From Eledone cirrhosa (taxonomy: Eukaryota), in contig OZ024743.1 in the NCBI GenBank assembly GCA_964016885.1, positions 266,104,001 through 266,168,000 of the forward strand: DNA of 64,000 bases, read 5' to 3'. Of the stretch, positions 43,766 through 60,782 are shown one piece after another. Position 1 is the first letter of the stretch. Each line of letters begins with the position of its first letter. The notes below the pieces were generated by a model. It made no database searches, was not told where the DNA came from, and saw nothing but the letters and a program-made list of their open reading frames with translations. Made by a program: the position numbers and the translations under genes.

Positions 43766-44244
43766 TATACATGTAAGGAATATATATAATTGCCACGGCT
43801 GGAGTACATGTGTTTATGTGACTTGTCATGAGGTTTTGGGCTTGTGGTAAAAGAAAAACTGGTATAATCAATGGAGAAAGTTTTACTGGGTTTACGACTT
43901 GATATACATGCAGTCTTACCACGATTGAAAAACGGAAATTTTACTTTGGAATGTAGTCTAAGATACCTCTTAAAAGCCGCTATACTCACAGCAGGGATGT
44001 GTTTAGTTGTAGGTTATCTGAATCGGGGTTTGACTAGGGGCTAAATACTACTGATATAGTTTTGGTTACTTTGTTTACCAACAAAGTCTCTTGTACCTTT
44101 AGTCTTGTTTTCATGCTATATAAGAGGACAATTATATCAATTCGGTCGACCCTTTATCTTTTTTCTGAGAAAAGCAGCATTGTGCGGGATCGTCCACGTC
44201 CCTCTCCTACTACAAGAGAAAGATAGTCAGATAGAGAAAGAGAG

Positions 44245-44285
<41 letters not shown>

Positions 44286-47200
44286 AGAGAAAAAAAAGAG
44301 AGAGAGAGGAGAGAGAGAGGGGAGAGAGAGAGAGAATGGGGGATTGTGAGAGAGAGATTGTGAGTCATAAAGGCACTAGAAAGAGAGAAAACAGTTCATC
44401 ATTCGATTGAATTTTATTCATAAACACCAGAAGGAAAGCAAAGTTTAACTTGTGGGGATTTCAAATCAGAACTCCTGATCAATTACTCAGGTAAATAATC
44501 TTGCTCGCTATATAGAGTGTGCTATTCCTACGATTCGTTCAACTTGCTGTGTAGCCGATTCTATGAAAATGAGAGAAACAGAAAGAGAGAAAGAGAGAGG
44601 GAGAGGTGCCATCACCAAGAAGATAGTAAATTGCGTTGAGCGATTTAAAAAAATAAAATAACTTTTTCACTCTGGTAATTGAATTGAATAATTGGAATCA
44701 TGTTAGAGAAAATATTGATTTCTATATTTATTGATTATTGTTTTTTTTTTTTTTGCCCCTTAAAGTGCACTCTTAACACCTAATCGATCAATTTGTTTGA
44801 AAAATTAGACTTTATTTCCTGCTAAATATATCACTCTGTAATGCATGAATTAAGGCGTCTTGCTATTTTAATTCTTTCTAGCTTCTTCATATTTTTTCAC
44901 CAATTTTCTTTAATCTTTTCCGTGTTCCCTCACTATCTGCCTCCACCACTTAGCTCTTCAGCACACAATTGCTTTTAATTTACATTATCATTTGTGTTAG
45001 CACAAACAAGTAATACATTTAATAGCTCTTCATTGAGAAAGTAGATTTTCAAAATTGTTTGCGCCAAACACAATCCATTGAATTATTTATTTTCTTCCAT
45101 TGAATTCTGAGTACAAATTCAACCAAAATCAAGTTAATTAGGAATTCCTGAATTCGTACTATTTCAAATACTTTACGCTAATTTTGAAGTTTCAAGCTTC
45201 CTTTGCGTTTTTGATTTAAGCATTTTTTTTTTCAATAAAGAACTACCTACGTCCACGGACCTCGCAAGTAAGAGGACTAATTTATATTATTTGTAAATGA
45301 AGAGATCTTTCTATACTTATGCTAAAGTCCATCCTCCCTCGATTAATAAGGTGGTGACGGCAGAAGTATTAGAGAGCCACATACAATTCCATATGATGTT
45401 GATTACGGCTCATTGAGTTCCGAGGTCATTCCATCATCGGATGAAATCTCATGCCGCATTTGGTACGGAGCATGCCATTTTTAGTTTAAATCTTACTTTG
45501 ATCGACTGGGATGGTATATTTAGTCGGTCACCGAGTACAAAATACCCTACCTATCACTTACGTATATTTAGAAGAGTCGGTTTTGAGGTAAGTATTGGAA
45601 GTAGACTTCAAATTACAAGATACTTCAATTTCCCCTTTCCACTTGTGAAAGCCCATGATCATGATTCTTCCATTACTCCTTACTAATCGGTAAATGTTTT
45701 AAGTAAGTAGAATAAGTACCTTTTGCAACATACTACAATTTATTCTTCGTCTTGCTGCAAACTAAATGAAGAAAAGGTTTGTTCTTTACACAGAAACCTT
45801 GACATTTTATATGTTCGTATACTTGAATACACTGTTGCAAGCAAATGCAGCATTGAGAAAGAGTTATGATATGTAAGCCAGGCACAAAACGCAAAATATA
45901 TAATACAAATACAAATATAAATACAGATCTAGTGATAAGTATATTTGAAAGTGTATTTGTGACTAAAAAATATATAAGTAGAAGAAAAACTGAAGCTGAC
46001 TTGTTAACATGTACGTTTTAGATACAATATGTTCTTTACATGTAAGGCGTCGATAAATTAAATTTAGAGGGACCCTGCTTTAGGAAACTGGGATTATAAT
46101 TAGAAGAATATATAAGTTTATGATGGCATGACTATTTTTAAAGAGATCGCTATATCAACAAATAGTTATGGGTTTGATGGGAGTACGTGGCATTTTGTTG
46201 AAGTAGCTTTGAAATATTTGTGACAATACAGTTTGTATATTAGAATGCAACATTGTACTTTGCTAGAAGAAGCATATCGAAGAGCAATACTAGTGTGCGA
46301 TTTAGCATAGCCCCTGATGGACCCAAGCCTTGTGAGTGAAAACTGATTTGACGGAAACAATTTGGAAGCTGTCGAATGAACTCTACCTGAACGCTCACAA
46401 CCTTGGAATTACTTAAGGGTACACAAGTATGGAATTATCAGTTATATGCGCGTTAACTCCTTGAGCAGTCCGTTCCGTTGATCGAAAAACTAGTACATTC
46501 GTTATCAAAAGTGAAGTAGGTTCATTCCACAGTTTTATACATTGTTATTAAAACTATACAACGTATTCTTCCCTTTGCCAACCACCACCGATCTGTCTAG
46601 ATTAAAAATTATCTCTTCAGCCGTTGTCCCGTTGTCCAAATAAGTAGAGTTGATGCTGATGTCGATTTTATTGTTAGCGTTGTTGATACCAATGTTGCTG
46701 CTATCATTATCTTTACTGCTATAGTTACTGTCGTCGTTGTTTTTGTTGCTTTTGATATTTTTGCTGTTGTTCTCGTCGTCCTTGTTATTGAGTCAGTATT
46801 AAATACAAACAATCTGCTGTTGAGACCAACACTAGAGAACTGCAGACACTTGACAATAGCTACTCTTCACTAAATGCAAACAGTTCTACTCTGATCATAA
46901 ATGCATGCAGAATTTATTGAAACTAAAGAGTAATATAAACTGTACAATATAAATGGTAACAAGGAAATGAAAACGAAAATGGAGAAAATGAAGACAACGA
47001 AAACAGAAAAAAGAAATTTGGCGACGAAAAAGGCAAAGGGAAAGAGAGCGACAGTCTCTAAGCCCCATTCTGAGTTATATGTTTCAACTTCGACCAACGG
47101 ACAAAATACCGAAGTCATTGCCGTTGAGAATGGACAGCGGTACCTGCTACAACCGTCTTCCGAGTTCTCGCGGCTCCTTTCTTATGAGGGTTGATGTCTT

Positions 47201-47539
47201 CCCTATTTTACGGAGGAAAACTGCAGTTCGAGATGTCGACGGCGACCGACATAAAAATGAAATGATTTATACAGATTGCATTGATCACGTAAGAGGTGAA
47301 ATGAATTATAGAGACGATTATAAAGAGGAAATAACTAGTCATTCATAAATGCTGCAGAATAAATCCTGTTCTAATGTGGCAGCTTTATGTTTATTCTTCA
47401 GAATATGAATACAAACAACGTACACACACAGAGTCAGTGATGCATATATATATATGTATGTGTTACACCTCTATTCTTTTAAGATCCCGTTAAGGGTGAA
47501 AGCAGCGATTCTTTGCTTAAACTTTAATCTGTTATTTTA

Positions 47540-47603
<64 letters not shown>

Positions 47604-47647
47604 GCATTATATATATATATATATATATATATGCATTATATATGCAT

Positions 47648-47729
<82 letters not shown>

Positions 47730-47763
47730 GTGTGTGTGTATATATACACACACATCTATATGC

Positions 47764-47892
<129 letters not shown>

Positions 47893-47916
47893 GATAGATG
47901 GATAGATAGATATCTT

Positions 47917-50900
47917 TCTTTATTTGCCACAGGGGCGCACAAAAATGGGACATTACAAGATGTGATGGCGAGGGTTTTAGATAAAACTTTAACAATGATA
48001 AATAACCATAAACTATATAAAAATAAAACAATTGAAATCGCCCCATTCACCCATCTTTCAGCGAATTTAATGGGATTTAACACCTCTCTATCCACTCTTA
48101 CCTTCCTTTTTGAGTGGTACTTAAACAAGGGGATGAGTTGTTGTCAGTAGAGAAAGGTGTTTGCCCTCAGTCCTTTTAACCTCGTCCACCATATTACTTC
48201 TTTCGCCATAGCCACCAGAGAGAGGAAAACCGCCTCTCCTTCATTCATAAATGAAGGCGGCGGGGTGATCTTCACGTTGTACTCGGCTGACAACTGGATG
48301 CGTCCCACGCGTGACAGTAGCTTTTCGACATAATTCCAGAGGTCGACACCCTGGGCACTGAACAATTGCGTGCAGAATGGTTTCGATGTCCTGCTCACAT
48401 CTTGGACAGGTCCTTTTGGCAGGATCTCTGCCAAGGCGTCTGTGCCTGTAGATTTTATCTCGAACTGGTACAGATCCTCGGTAGCACTGCCAGGCCAGAG
48501 ACTTATGGAAGTTACCCATAGGCCCTGGACGGAAAGTCCTCCCGAACAGACTGGTCAGTTCCGCCTCCTCGATGCCTAGAGTTTCCTCGAGAACGTCATC
48601 GCACTTATCCTCCACTAATCGCCTATAGAATGTCGAAGTCGAATCTCCGCTGATTGCCGTTTCCGCTTGGTAGAGGGCTGTGAACGCCTGAAGGCACTCG
48701 AGGTGCCAGGCACCCATTTTCGGTCTTCGCTTGACCCAGGACTGCAGCTCTGTTAGTGAGACGAGTTGTGGAAGAGCTCGTCTCACATACGACAGCCACA
48801 CCGGTTCGCCGGTCAGGAATACCTGGAGATGCGTAGCCTCAGCACGTGTTTGAGCATCATCAGACACGGTATGCCCAGCACTCCGTTAGAAGGGTGTTGA
48901 CAGCAGATGGAGCCGGTTTCTTTCAGAGGAACTTGAAGAGTAGGCGTTCCATTTTGGTGATGTATTCGCGGGGACAAGGCACGACTGTCAAGCGGTAGTA
49001 GATGACGGACGTTATGTAAGTGTTCGCCACCTCTGCTTGACCTTTCAAGGAGAGTTTGCACTTCGCTGTGACCTCGTTCCAATTATTGTCCACCTGGATA
49101 TCTGGCCCAAACCAGACCCCGAAGAATTTCACGAGTCCTTCGGTCCAGCGTCCAACGACACTGTCGGAATGCATGGGTTTCCCACTCCATGTGCCGAGCT
49201 GCAAACCGACAGACTTGTCTGGGTTTAGACTTGCTCCTGTCAACGTTTCGTATTCCTGTAATAGGTTGCCGATTACCTCGATGTCGCGGTTTTCGACACT
49301 ATTACGGTTACGTCATCGGCATAGGCCGACGCTGCTTTTCGCGGTCCTGGTTCGTCCGGGATGCCCTGGAACAGCTCCAACTACCGCAGTAATAGCTCGA
49401 GAGGCAGTACATACAGAATGGAGAAGAGAGGGCATCCCCGTCGGATGGAACGCATGATTTGGAATGACTCCGACTGTTAGCCATTCACCTTGACTGCCGA
49501 GCAGATGCTGGTGTGCATGGCAGCGATCCAGCCTCTGAAGACGGGAGCGAAGCAGGCCGCCTTCAGAACCGCTTCCATGTATTGATGGTCGACCCTATCA
49601 AATGCCTTAGACTGATCTAAGTTGATCAGAGCCACACCGAAGCCAGGTTTACACCACATCCTCTATATGATGTATCGCATGAGGTGGAGGTTGTCGCGTA
49701 TGGACTTGGTCGGCATTGCACACGTTTGCGCTTCCCCTACCAGGTTCTTGACGACAAGCGCCAGCCTCGCTGCTAACACTTTGGCCAAAATCTTTAACTC
49801 TGTGTTGAGTTATGGGCCTGAAATTGCTTATCTCATCCCCATTGTTCTCATCTTTCCTGATCAGCGTTACTATGCCTCTAGCTCCAGAACTTGGTAACCT
49901 CCCGTTCTGTTTCCAGTTGTAGTAGACCGCTTCGAGCACGCCAGAGAACACGTCTGGCATGCCTATGTAAAACTCATAGGGTAGACCACCCAAACCGGGT
50001 GATTTGCGTTTCCTGCAGCGGCCTAAGGACTCTTCTATTTCGCCCGCTGTGATCGGCTTTTCACAGCTCACTGCATCCGTGGTAGGCCGTCGAGTTAGGA
50101 ACTGAAGTCCATTACCTTGCTCGACGTACCGCTTTGCCCGAACAGTTGTACAAAGTGCTACAGGAAGGCCGTGTACATCTGCTTGTATTCAAGTAGAATG
50201 CATCCATCTTTGTCTTGCAAGACCGAATCGTGGATTTGTTGCCACTTCTCGCCTCTGCCACTCGGACCCAGATAACAGCTTTAGCTCCCTCGTTCTTAGA
50301 GCACGTTTTCTACTTCTGACAATACAACGTTCGTGTTTCACGTTGAAGAACTGATCTAGTGCCGTTCTCGCCGCTAGCACGTCAGCTGTACTGCCATTCC
50401 TAAGTGCCTCTTCTACTTTAGCTACCAGTTCATTTTAAGTTTTGTTTTCTTCTAAAGCTACTTCCTAGCTAAATGCTATCGATTCTATTCTAAAAGCTCT
50501 CTTGAGAGAGCTCCACCACCTGTCGTTGATGATGGTCCCCGACAACTGGCTCTTAACTAAGGTGCTAATCCGTTTACTGTAGGCCTTATGCGCGGGGAAC
50601 GACATGTTTAGCTTCCAGTATCCGGGTTCCTGTCTATGTGTTCTATCATGGTTGACTATGCAGGTGACTAATGTGTGGTCTGAATAGGAAAGCATGTGCA
50701 TTTGAGGACAGCTTCATGTTTCCTTATCATTCTGTCTAATTAGAAATCTATCTAAATACAATCTATAAGGCCATTCCATCTCCTCTATATCACAAGCTCC
50801 TACGTAGTCCCAACGTGCGTCTAAGATGTCTTCCCAGTCCCCCGCTAACTCTAAGGAGCGAGACGTTCCCAAGAAGGGCTCAAGACGCTTGAAGAACTCT

Positions 50901-53300
50901 GGTCGCGATGTCTCAGTCGGGGCATATACGGCCACCAGTCTGAAAGCTGCACGTTCACTACCATTCACGTCCCGGCCCACCAGGCTGCTCTCCGCCTCCA
51001 AGTGAATCGTGTGTACTTTGAGATCCAGATTATTTCGAAACAGAACAGCAACTCCCCCTTCACCCCTTGGCTGACTGTGAGATGCGTAGATCACAAAATC
51101 ATCGAACATGGGGGTTAGCTGCTGCTTGTCGTGAATCCTGGACTCGGTAATGGCTATCACATCTATGCAATGTGACGTGAGGTCATTTAAAAACTGGCCC
51201 TGTAATCAGGGAATGTCCAGGCCACGTACATTCAAACATCCAACTTGTATAGTCGCCTTGTTGGTGAAGAAGAGTTAGGGTTGTTCGATCTCCATGCCCA
51301 GATTGCGGGTGTTTTGGGAGGGAGGGAACCCTTTCACCAGGATACGGTTAGGGTTTTTTGGCAAGGGGGCACACAGCATGTGCGAAATTCCCTTTTAATG
51401 TTTCATGTTGTAGGGTTGTTACCCTCATCAGTTTGGGGGTGGGTCGTTGGTGGGGAAGGTTTTCCCTTCCGTTTTGGATAGTAGGGTCATTTCGGACAGT
51501 TACTACCAGTTCTTTGTTGTTTTTATGTATGTGTAATGTGTTTTGTTTTTTTATGTGTACTGTTTCTGTTTATACTTTTCTTTTTGTGGTTGGGGTTTGT
51601 GATTGTGGTGGTGTGGGTGTTTGTTTTGTTGGTGAAGTGTTTGGTTGTATTGGTGGTGATTGTGTTGTTAGTGTACTTGTCGTTTGTGGCGGTGTGTTTG
51701 TGGTGGGGTTGGCTGTGTGCCTGTTTTCTGTAGATGATTTTGCTTTCGTATTTTTTTGTCTCTTTATTGTTTTTTTGATTTTGGGGATTCCTCTCCATCT
51801 TCACTTGGAGTTGTAGGGGTTCCCGTGTCTGAGACTTCTGAATCAGGGGTAGATGGGAGGGGTATGTTGTGTGGTGGAGTGTTTGTGCAGGTGTTTGTGG
51901 AAGTATTTGACAGGGAGAGAGGAGGCAAGGGAAGGTTTTTCAGTGGGATGTTGCGTGTATAGTTGTCTCTGGTCTATGGTGGTGTGGGAGTGGATGTTGC
52001 AAGTTTTTGTGTTGTATTAGGTTTGGTGTGTAGATGTTGGTAGTAGGACCTTGTTTTCCTTGGTATGTTTAAGAGAGGACAAAAGGCCTTTAAGCGTGTG
52101 GTTTTCCCACACTTATGGCACAGGGCTTTTCGCCTCCACTAAAATGGTGATAACATCTTCGAGGATGATTTTGTTTGGGATTTGTTCTGCTCTCTCTGGC
52201 TTCATTTGTACCAGAACCTCAATGCAGGTTCAAAACCAGTTATTCCGGTCTGTCCTGTCTACAGATAGGAGGGTGTCCTCACCCTCCTTCAGGATGCAGC
52301 GTAGGATCAACCATATGTTGAACTCTGCTGGGATCCTGGTTATTTTTATTTTGTAGAATCTTCTTCCCATATATCTGGGAAAGATGTGTTGACCCGTTTT
52401 TATTGGGCACTGAATGTTTTTGAGCTAGAGTTTCGCTCTTAAAGTGCACTGACACAGATCCATACTGTTTAGCTCTTTGTAGATATACCACGTCTGGTAT
52501 GATGTCTTTTAATGCAGCTTCGATAGTGTTGTTGGAAGTATTACGGGTTTTTTCGTAGTAATGTCAACTGTTCTGTAGATCAGATTCTTTTTTTGTGTCA
52601 TCTCTCTTATTTGTAGGGGTATGTGTATGTGTGGGGTTACTCCCTCAAACGTCACATAGTTGGAAGGTTCTTCCAAATATTGGGACTTTTGTGAAATGTC
52701 CATTGGGCAATATTTAAAATCCGGTTGCTTAGCAACGGTGGCTGCAAATGAAATGTTGTTATTGTTGTTGTTGGTGGTGATGATGGTCTCATTCGTTGTG
52801 TTGTCGCTGATTTTTTTTTTGGTATTGTTGTTGTTGCTGTCTCATTTATTGTTTTGTTGTTGCTTGTGGTGGTGTTAGTATTTGCTACACATTCTTCCTT
52901 CTGTGTGTGGATACATATGACGTTTGTGACATCAGGCGTGTCCAGTTGCTTACGAGCAACTGAAGCTTGTTCCTCTTCTAAATATTGAGGCGATAATGTT
53001 GGCATTCCGTGGTTCTTGTCTGCTACTATCTGGTGGTCAAGTAGGCGTTGTTTTCCCTTCCCATTTTCTTGTATTGACAAGGAAGAAAGTGCCTTTGCTT
53101 CGACCATTTTTTAAAATTGAAGTGCTTTGCAAAAATGTTTTTTCGAAAATATGTTCGATGGTTTTCCGTGAGGGGCAAGATATTTCGGGAGACTGACCAG
53201 ATCAAAATTTGACCTGTCAGTCCCTCTACAAATTGATATAAAAATAAAAGTTCACAATGACGAATTTCTGAAGAAATTTAAACCAAACTTACCGAGTTAG
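47917..53300 (-). mobile_element. Near full-length decayed Tx1/L1-clade LINE (ORF1, APE endonuclease, RT, zinc finger)
   Basis: APE: CLNVRGL, IAITES, GGVAVL, VAVYAP, LAGDW, LDRFL, SDH, GYWKLN; RT: KSPGLGGLPYEFY, NFRPI, LDQSKAFDRVDH, GASLNPDKS, KFFGVWFG; CPRC..ETILHAIVQCP; AATAAA then (TATC)/(TC) repeats at the 3' end. Confidence 0.92.
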
Positions 53301-53319
53301 TTTATCACTTGTGTCCATT

Positions 53320-53472
<153 letters not shown>

Positions 53473-54411
53473 TACGCGAATCTTCCTCAAATCATCCTTC
53501 TACTAGATATCCCCCAAGCAGAACTTTGATCAAAGCCTTTTTATTTCCAACCCATAATCATCGTGTATTTTTTCTAGTTTAGTGCATCTGAGGCTACATT
53601 ATCCAACATGTTTCTTTTTGTAATATGGTATGTTGTGATTTGAGGTATGATGATATGCTTGCCATTATAAGTTGTGTATCTACAAGCAGACTCTGTTGTT
53701 ACTTCATATTTATAGTGTGTGAATCAATGGTTGACAGATGGAGTTTCATAAAGATGTACTGGTAGATATTAAGAATATGAAGTATTTATCTATCTCATGA
53801 TAAATTATAGCATGGTATGATCAGTTTGATAGAGTCATAGAAATAATAAAAAACATATATATTGTTATATTATGATATAAAGTATCAAGGAAAATACTTG
53901 ATTCTATATATTAAACTAACATAGATAAATATCTATTTACAGCGTGTAATATGTTTTTATCTCACATAATATTATAATATAATTCTGTGCCATATAATGG
54001 AAATGATACAGGATTTTGCTGAGTGATAGTAGTGCAAAGTCAATAAAAGACGAGCTTTTCACATCGCCATTTCTAGTTATAAAATATATAGCATTTTTAC
54101 GGAGCAATGCGCTGCACTAAATGCCTGTGATATAAAACTTAGCTAACTAGCAGAACTAGAAGAAATGTGTTAACCAATAAAATATGAAAGAAACAAAAAA
54201 AAAAAAAATGTACGTCTAATGTGCGGTTATATGTTCGGTCTTTGATGATTTAAATGGCCTCTTAAAAACTAATTTCGGCTACATAATTTGATCGACATTG
54301 GAGCATGTAAAGAAATAGGTATAATAAGATTCAGCAAAGAGAAGAGCTAATCGTCCGGTCGTGCATACACGCCTGTGTATTTGTGGTTAGGTGGTGCAAG
54401 TGAGGTGTTAT

Positions 54412-54546
54412 AAACGAAGTGTTGTAAGGAACCAGATTGACATTAACGCACCAGAGTACTCGTTACTTAGGGTAGTTTATTGGGTAATAGGAAAAGAGTG
54501 AGGACCACGACGGCTGAGCTCCGGCCGTTGGGGTCTTGAATCTTTT

Positions 54547-54551
<5 letters not shown>
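54412..54551. mobile_element. Family F hairpin-plus-tail element copy 3
   Basis: tail matches 12691-12768; short hairpin ataggaaaag...cttttcctat ending in (TA)n. Confidence 0.75.
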
Positions 54552-56806
<2,255 letters not shown>

Positions 56807-57034
56807 GGAGTGAGTGCAAATCTATGTGTATGTGTGTGTCTTTGGTTTAGTTTACAGATTTTTTTAATTATTATTCAGTGTTCCATTAGATAGTCTATGA
56901 AGACTATCGTGAAATGGCAAGGTACGTCAGTTTAGGGAACAAACATACAAAATACCTTGCTTTAGAATGTGCCATATATTTCTTTCTATACGCATATCTG
57001 ACTGAAGTTTGCAAATTAAAATTGATTTTTGCAG

Positions 57035-57125
57035 ATACTAATTCACCCAGCCAAGATCGATTGGTGGCCGTTTCATCAGCAATCGGTTATATACACCCAC
57101 CAAATTTCCCACAGCCTTATCAGAG
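57035..57125 (+). CDS. CUB-domain protein exon (start of CUB2): NTNSPSQDRLVAVSSAIGYIHPPNFPQPYQ
   Basis: tttttgcAG acceptor, AG|GTGAGT donor, 91 nt phase 1-2 like exon 20407; GYIHPPNFPQPY matches G.I.SPNYP..Y. Confidence 0.88.
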
Positions 57126-57917
57126 GTGAGTAAACTTACTTCCGTATTTGATGTTTATTTTGTTTATTCTCCCCAATAATCTTGACTGTATGGAGAATAG
57201 GATTGACTGTATTTGCTTTCTTCGTATTCTTACTCCATTTTAAGCTACCTTAAATAGCAGCTACACAGCCAATCCTATTCTCCATATATTTTATCATGTT
57301 TTTGCTGTAACCAGTCTTCTCTCTCCTTCTGCCTACTTATTTCGTTACTATCTACTCTCACCTCTCTTTCTTCCTCTCCCTTTCTCTCTCTCACTTTCAC
57401 TCATCCTCTCTACCAGTCTTTTCTCTCCTTCTACCTATCTATTTCGTTACTATCTATTCTTACCGCACTTTCTTCCTCTCCCTTTCTCCCTCTCACTTTC
57501 ACTGACCCCCTCTCTGCTTGCCACCTCATTGTTTCCCTCGCCTGACTTACAACTGCTGAGGTCAACTGCTGAGGTCAGACGTGTGTCCTTTCTCTCGCCC
57601 ACACAGTCTTGAACTTAACTTCTCTCATCGTGCGGTCTTGGATTTCCTTACCTTAAGTTGCTCGCACATTGCTCGGTTTGTTGCTTTTTTTCGCTGTTAT
57701 CTCTTTTCTTCTCTTTTCCCTTCTGTTTTCGTTCCCTCCCACCTCGTTTTCCCAGTAACTTACCCAGTTATTGACGCTTTGGGTGATAGATATCTTGTCT
57801 TTAAAGCGTAGAAATATCCGAGACACCAGTAGACAACTGATGAGGACAAGTCGCCACCCGTTCTTGCTTTCTTATTATTCTCACTCCATTTGAAGCTCTA
57901 TATGTATATATATAGAT

Positions 57918-58103
57918 ATAGGAACAAGTATGACCCCGATGGCAGAGCTCAAGCCGTTTCGACGGCTATTTCTGGACGGCTATTTCAGTTCAGAAATAGC
58001 CGTCGAAACAGTTTGACCTCTGCCGCCGGGGTCATACATTTTCCTATTAACCACTGTACTACCCTAAATATTGAGTACTCTGGTGCCTTATGGTCCATCT
58101 GGT
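57918..58103. mobile_element. Family F hairpin-plus-tail element copy 4
   Basis: ataggaacaagtatgacccc...gacggctatttct / agaaatagccgtcGAAAC...ggggtcatacattttcctat + tail. Confidence 0.8.
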
Positions 58104-58109
58104 ATATAT

Positions 58110-58183
<74 letters not shown>

Positions 58184-58187
<4 letters not shown>

Positions 58188-58401
58188 ATGATATCTGAAA
58201 AAGCACGGCAACAATTGTTGAATTTCAAAGAAAAATGTATTCATACAATAGGGAGGAGACGTGCGAAGACTGCTAGTAGAAAAGGCCGCATAAAACTACG
58301 AGTTTCCTGATCTCAATTAAGACAAGTACCATCTCCAGTTCTGTACAGGCGTACACTTAGAGGGGTCCATTCACTCGGGCCATGCTTGCCTCTTTAACAT
58401 A
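58184..58401 (+). repeat. 218 bp direct repeat, left copy (right copy 60796-61013), flanking a Penelope-like element
   Basis: aaaca[t/g]gatatctgaaa...gcctctttaacata, about 14 differences by eye. Confidence 0.9.
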
Positions 58402-60782
58402 CCTCGTCACCTCCGCCTTCTTCAAACCCACCGACTCCCACTACTACCTCGACTTCACCCCCCACCCCACCCCCACACACAAACACACACAACACTCTAT
58501 TCCCTACACCCAACGCCGGCTCTTCAGCCGAGATGCTGACTTCGAGTCCCAGGCCCTTTCCCTAGTCAGTCATTTCATCCAGAGAGATAGCCCCCTCCCT
58601 CCCTCGTCCACATTCCCTCACTCGCGCCCGCGCTGTCCACCGCTCCACCGTCCTCACCCCACGCCACCGCACACCCAACCACCGTCTCCCCTTCCCCCTC
58701 ACTTACCACCCCTCCACCGCACCATCCCCCCACTTCCGACGCCTCCAGTCCGACCCATCCACCTCCCACGTCTTCCCATCCCACCCGTCCCCTCCTTCGA
58801 ACGCGCACGCAATCTCCGCAACCTTCTCGTCCGCAGATCCCTAACCCCCAACCCACGCTCTTCTCCCCCTCCGGTTCCCTTCCCCGCTCCAGGCCTATTT
58901 GCCACACCTGCCCTCACATCACCAACACCACAACCGTCCCAACGGCCACTCTCTCTGTCCTGCACGCCTTCCGTGGCACCTCCTCCAACCCAGTCTATGG
59001 ACTTCGCTCCTCGGAGTGCACGCAACCTACGTCGGACAGACTGGACGTCGCCTGGCGGACCGTTTCACTGAACACCTCCGGGATATTCGTCTTAGCTAGA
59101 GTTCCCCCATCGCCCCCCACTTTGGCTCCCCAGGACATTCCTCTCACCAACTCACTGTCTGTGGCCTACTCCAATGCCACTTAACACCCGCCACCCGCCC
59201 CGGTGGTCGAACAACGCACCATCTTAACCCTACAGACCCACACACCCCCGGCCTGAACTCCCCACCCCTATTCCTTTAGCCTTCGACCGCTCTGTTTTCC
59301 CCCCCACACACACACTTCCCCCACTAACACCACTAACACACTTCTCCTTCTCACCGCCCCACCCCCTTGGCCCATACCACAACTAACAATACTAACACCC
59401 CACTGACCCCTCTCCCCCAACTAACAATACTCACATCCCAACCCTCCCCTATCACGCACACATCCGATTGTACGTATATACACACACTCACACTATCCAC
59501 ACAGCCTACTTCCACCACTAACCCTCACCCATACATCCACTCCCACCACCCCACAACTAATATCACTAACATCCCCCCGACGTCACGCACCTTCACACAC
59601 ACACCCACCCACACCTACATACACCACCCACTCCACACACTCAACCACCTCTAACCCCCACTTACACACTCGCATCCACCCTTTCCCCACTACCAGTATA
59701 CTAACACCCACTAACACCCCCTTCATCACACACACACTCATCCAAACACGCACACACACACCAGTACACTCCGTCCCCGACATCTTTTCTCTCACTCTCC
59801 CTCTCCCCGCTCGACATACACCCCTTCTCACATACACACATACCACTAACACCTCTACCCCCACGTGACCCCCACACCCTTCACACCTACCCATCCTCTC
59901 CCCCGTCCACCGCACCTCCACAGACACAGACACACAGTCCTCACCATACACTGACCATTTCTCCACCTGTCATTCTACTCTACTGCTATCACTTCACCCT
60001 CCCTTGACCTTCTGATCACTTCCTGTTGCGCGCGCACCCCACCTCTCTCCACTTCCGACCACCACAACTTATGGATTTCACCCCACCGGTCATCGTTCCA
60101 GCTATCCACTCCGCAACATAAAAAATATCCAACATCTCCTCGTACACTCCACGGAACTACTTTAGGAACTTACCCACGAACATACACACACTTTTTTTTC
60201 GAACCACGCCACCCACATCCACACCACGTATAAACACCAACACACACGGCCCACCCCCACATATACACACTCAGCCTCCGGAATCTACACCCCCCCCCCC
60301 GCTGAACCCTCCCCATCCCCACGCACGCACACAAGACCTACACCCCACCCCACGCACAAACATTTTCCTGAACATGGAACCTCGTTCTATTCACATACAC
60401 ACGCACACACACACACGTACACCTACACACATAAACAAACACCACCTTCAGCCCTTCTCACTCGGACATCCCGCCTCCCATTCTCTACTCCACCTGCCAC
60501 CACCCCTACACGCCCCACACCCTTCCACCACTTGTTTACCTTTATATTTATTTTTATTTTTATTTATACCTCTTCCACCGTTTTTTCTCTCCCCTCCCTT
60601 TTTTTCTAAATGTCTCTCCACCACTCCCCCACACACACCCTCGGAACTCTCTTCCTACCCACTTTTCTCCTGATGAAGGGCTTATGCCCGAAACGCCCCC
60701 CCCCCCCCACTCTCAAGAGCGTGAATCTAATAAACTTTTATTTTTACTGCCTCTCTGTTTTTGTTCCCGTCCAAGTTTTCAC
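58402..60782 (+). mobile_element. C-rich Penelope-like element (Poseidon-like), 5'-truncated: RT thumb + GIY-YIG + CA-rich 3' UTR
   Basis: FFKPTDSHYYLDF, SIPYTQ, FERARNLRNLLV, YVGQTGRRLADRFTEHLRDIR; HHR-like CTGATGA agggcttatgccc GAAAC at 60670-60694; AATAAA near the end. Confidence 0.88.

Noticed and set aside
57794-57860. ttgtc...GAGAC acca GTA gacaa CTGATGA as a permuted or tandem HHR
   Set aside because: First core is destroyed and the second lacks a downstream GAAA; probably a decayed PLE end, not counted
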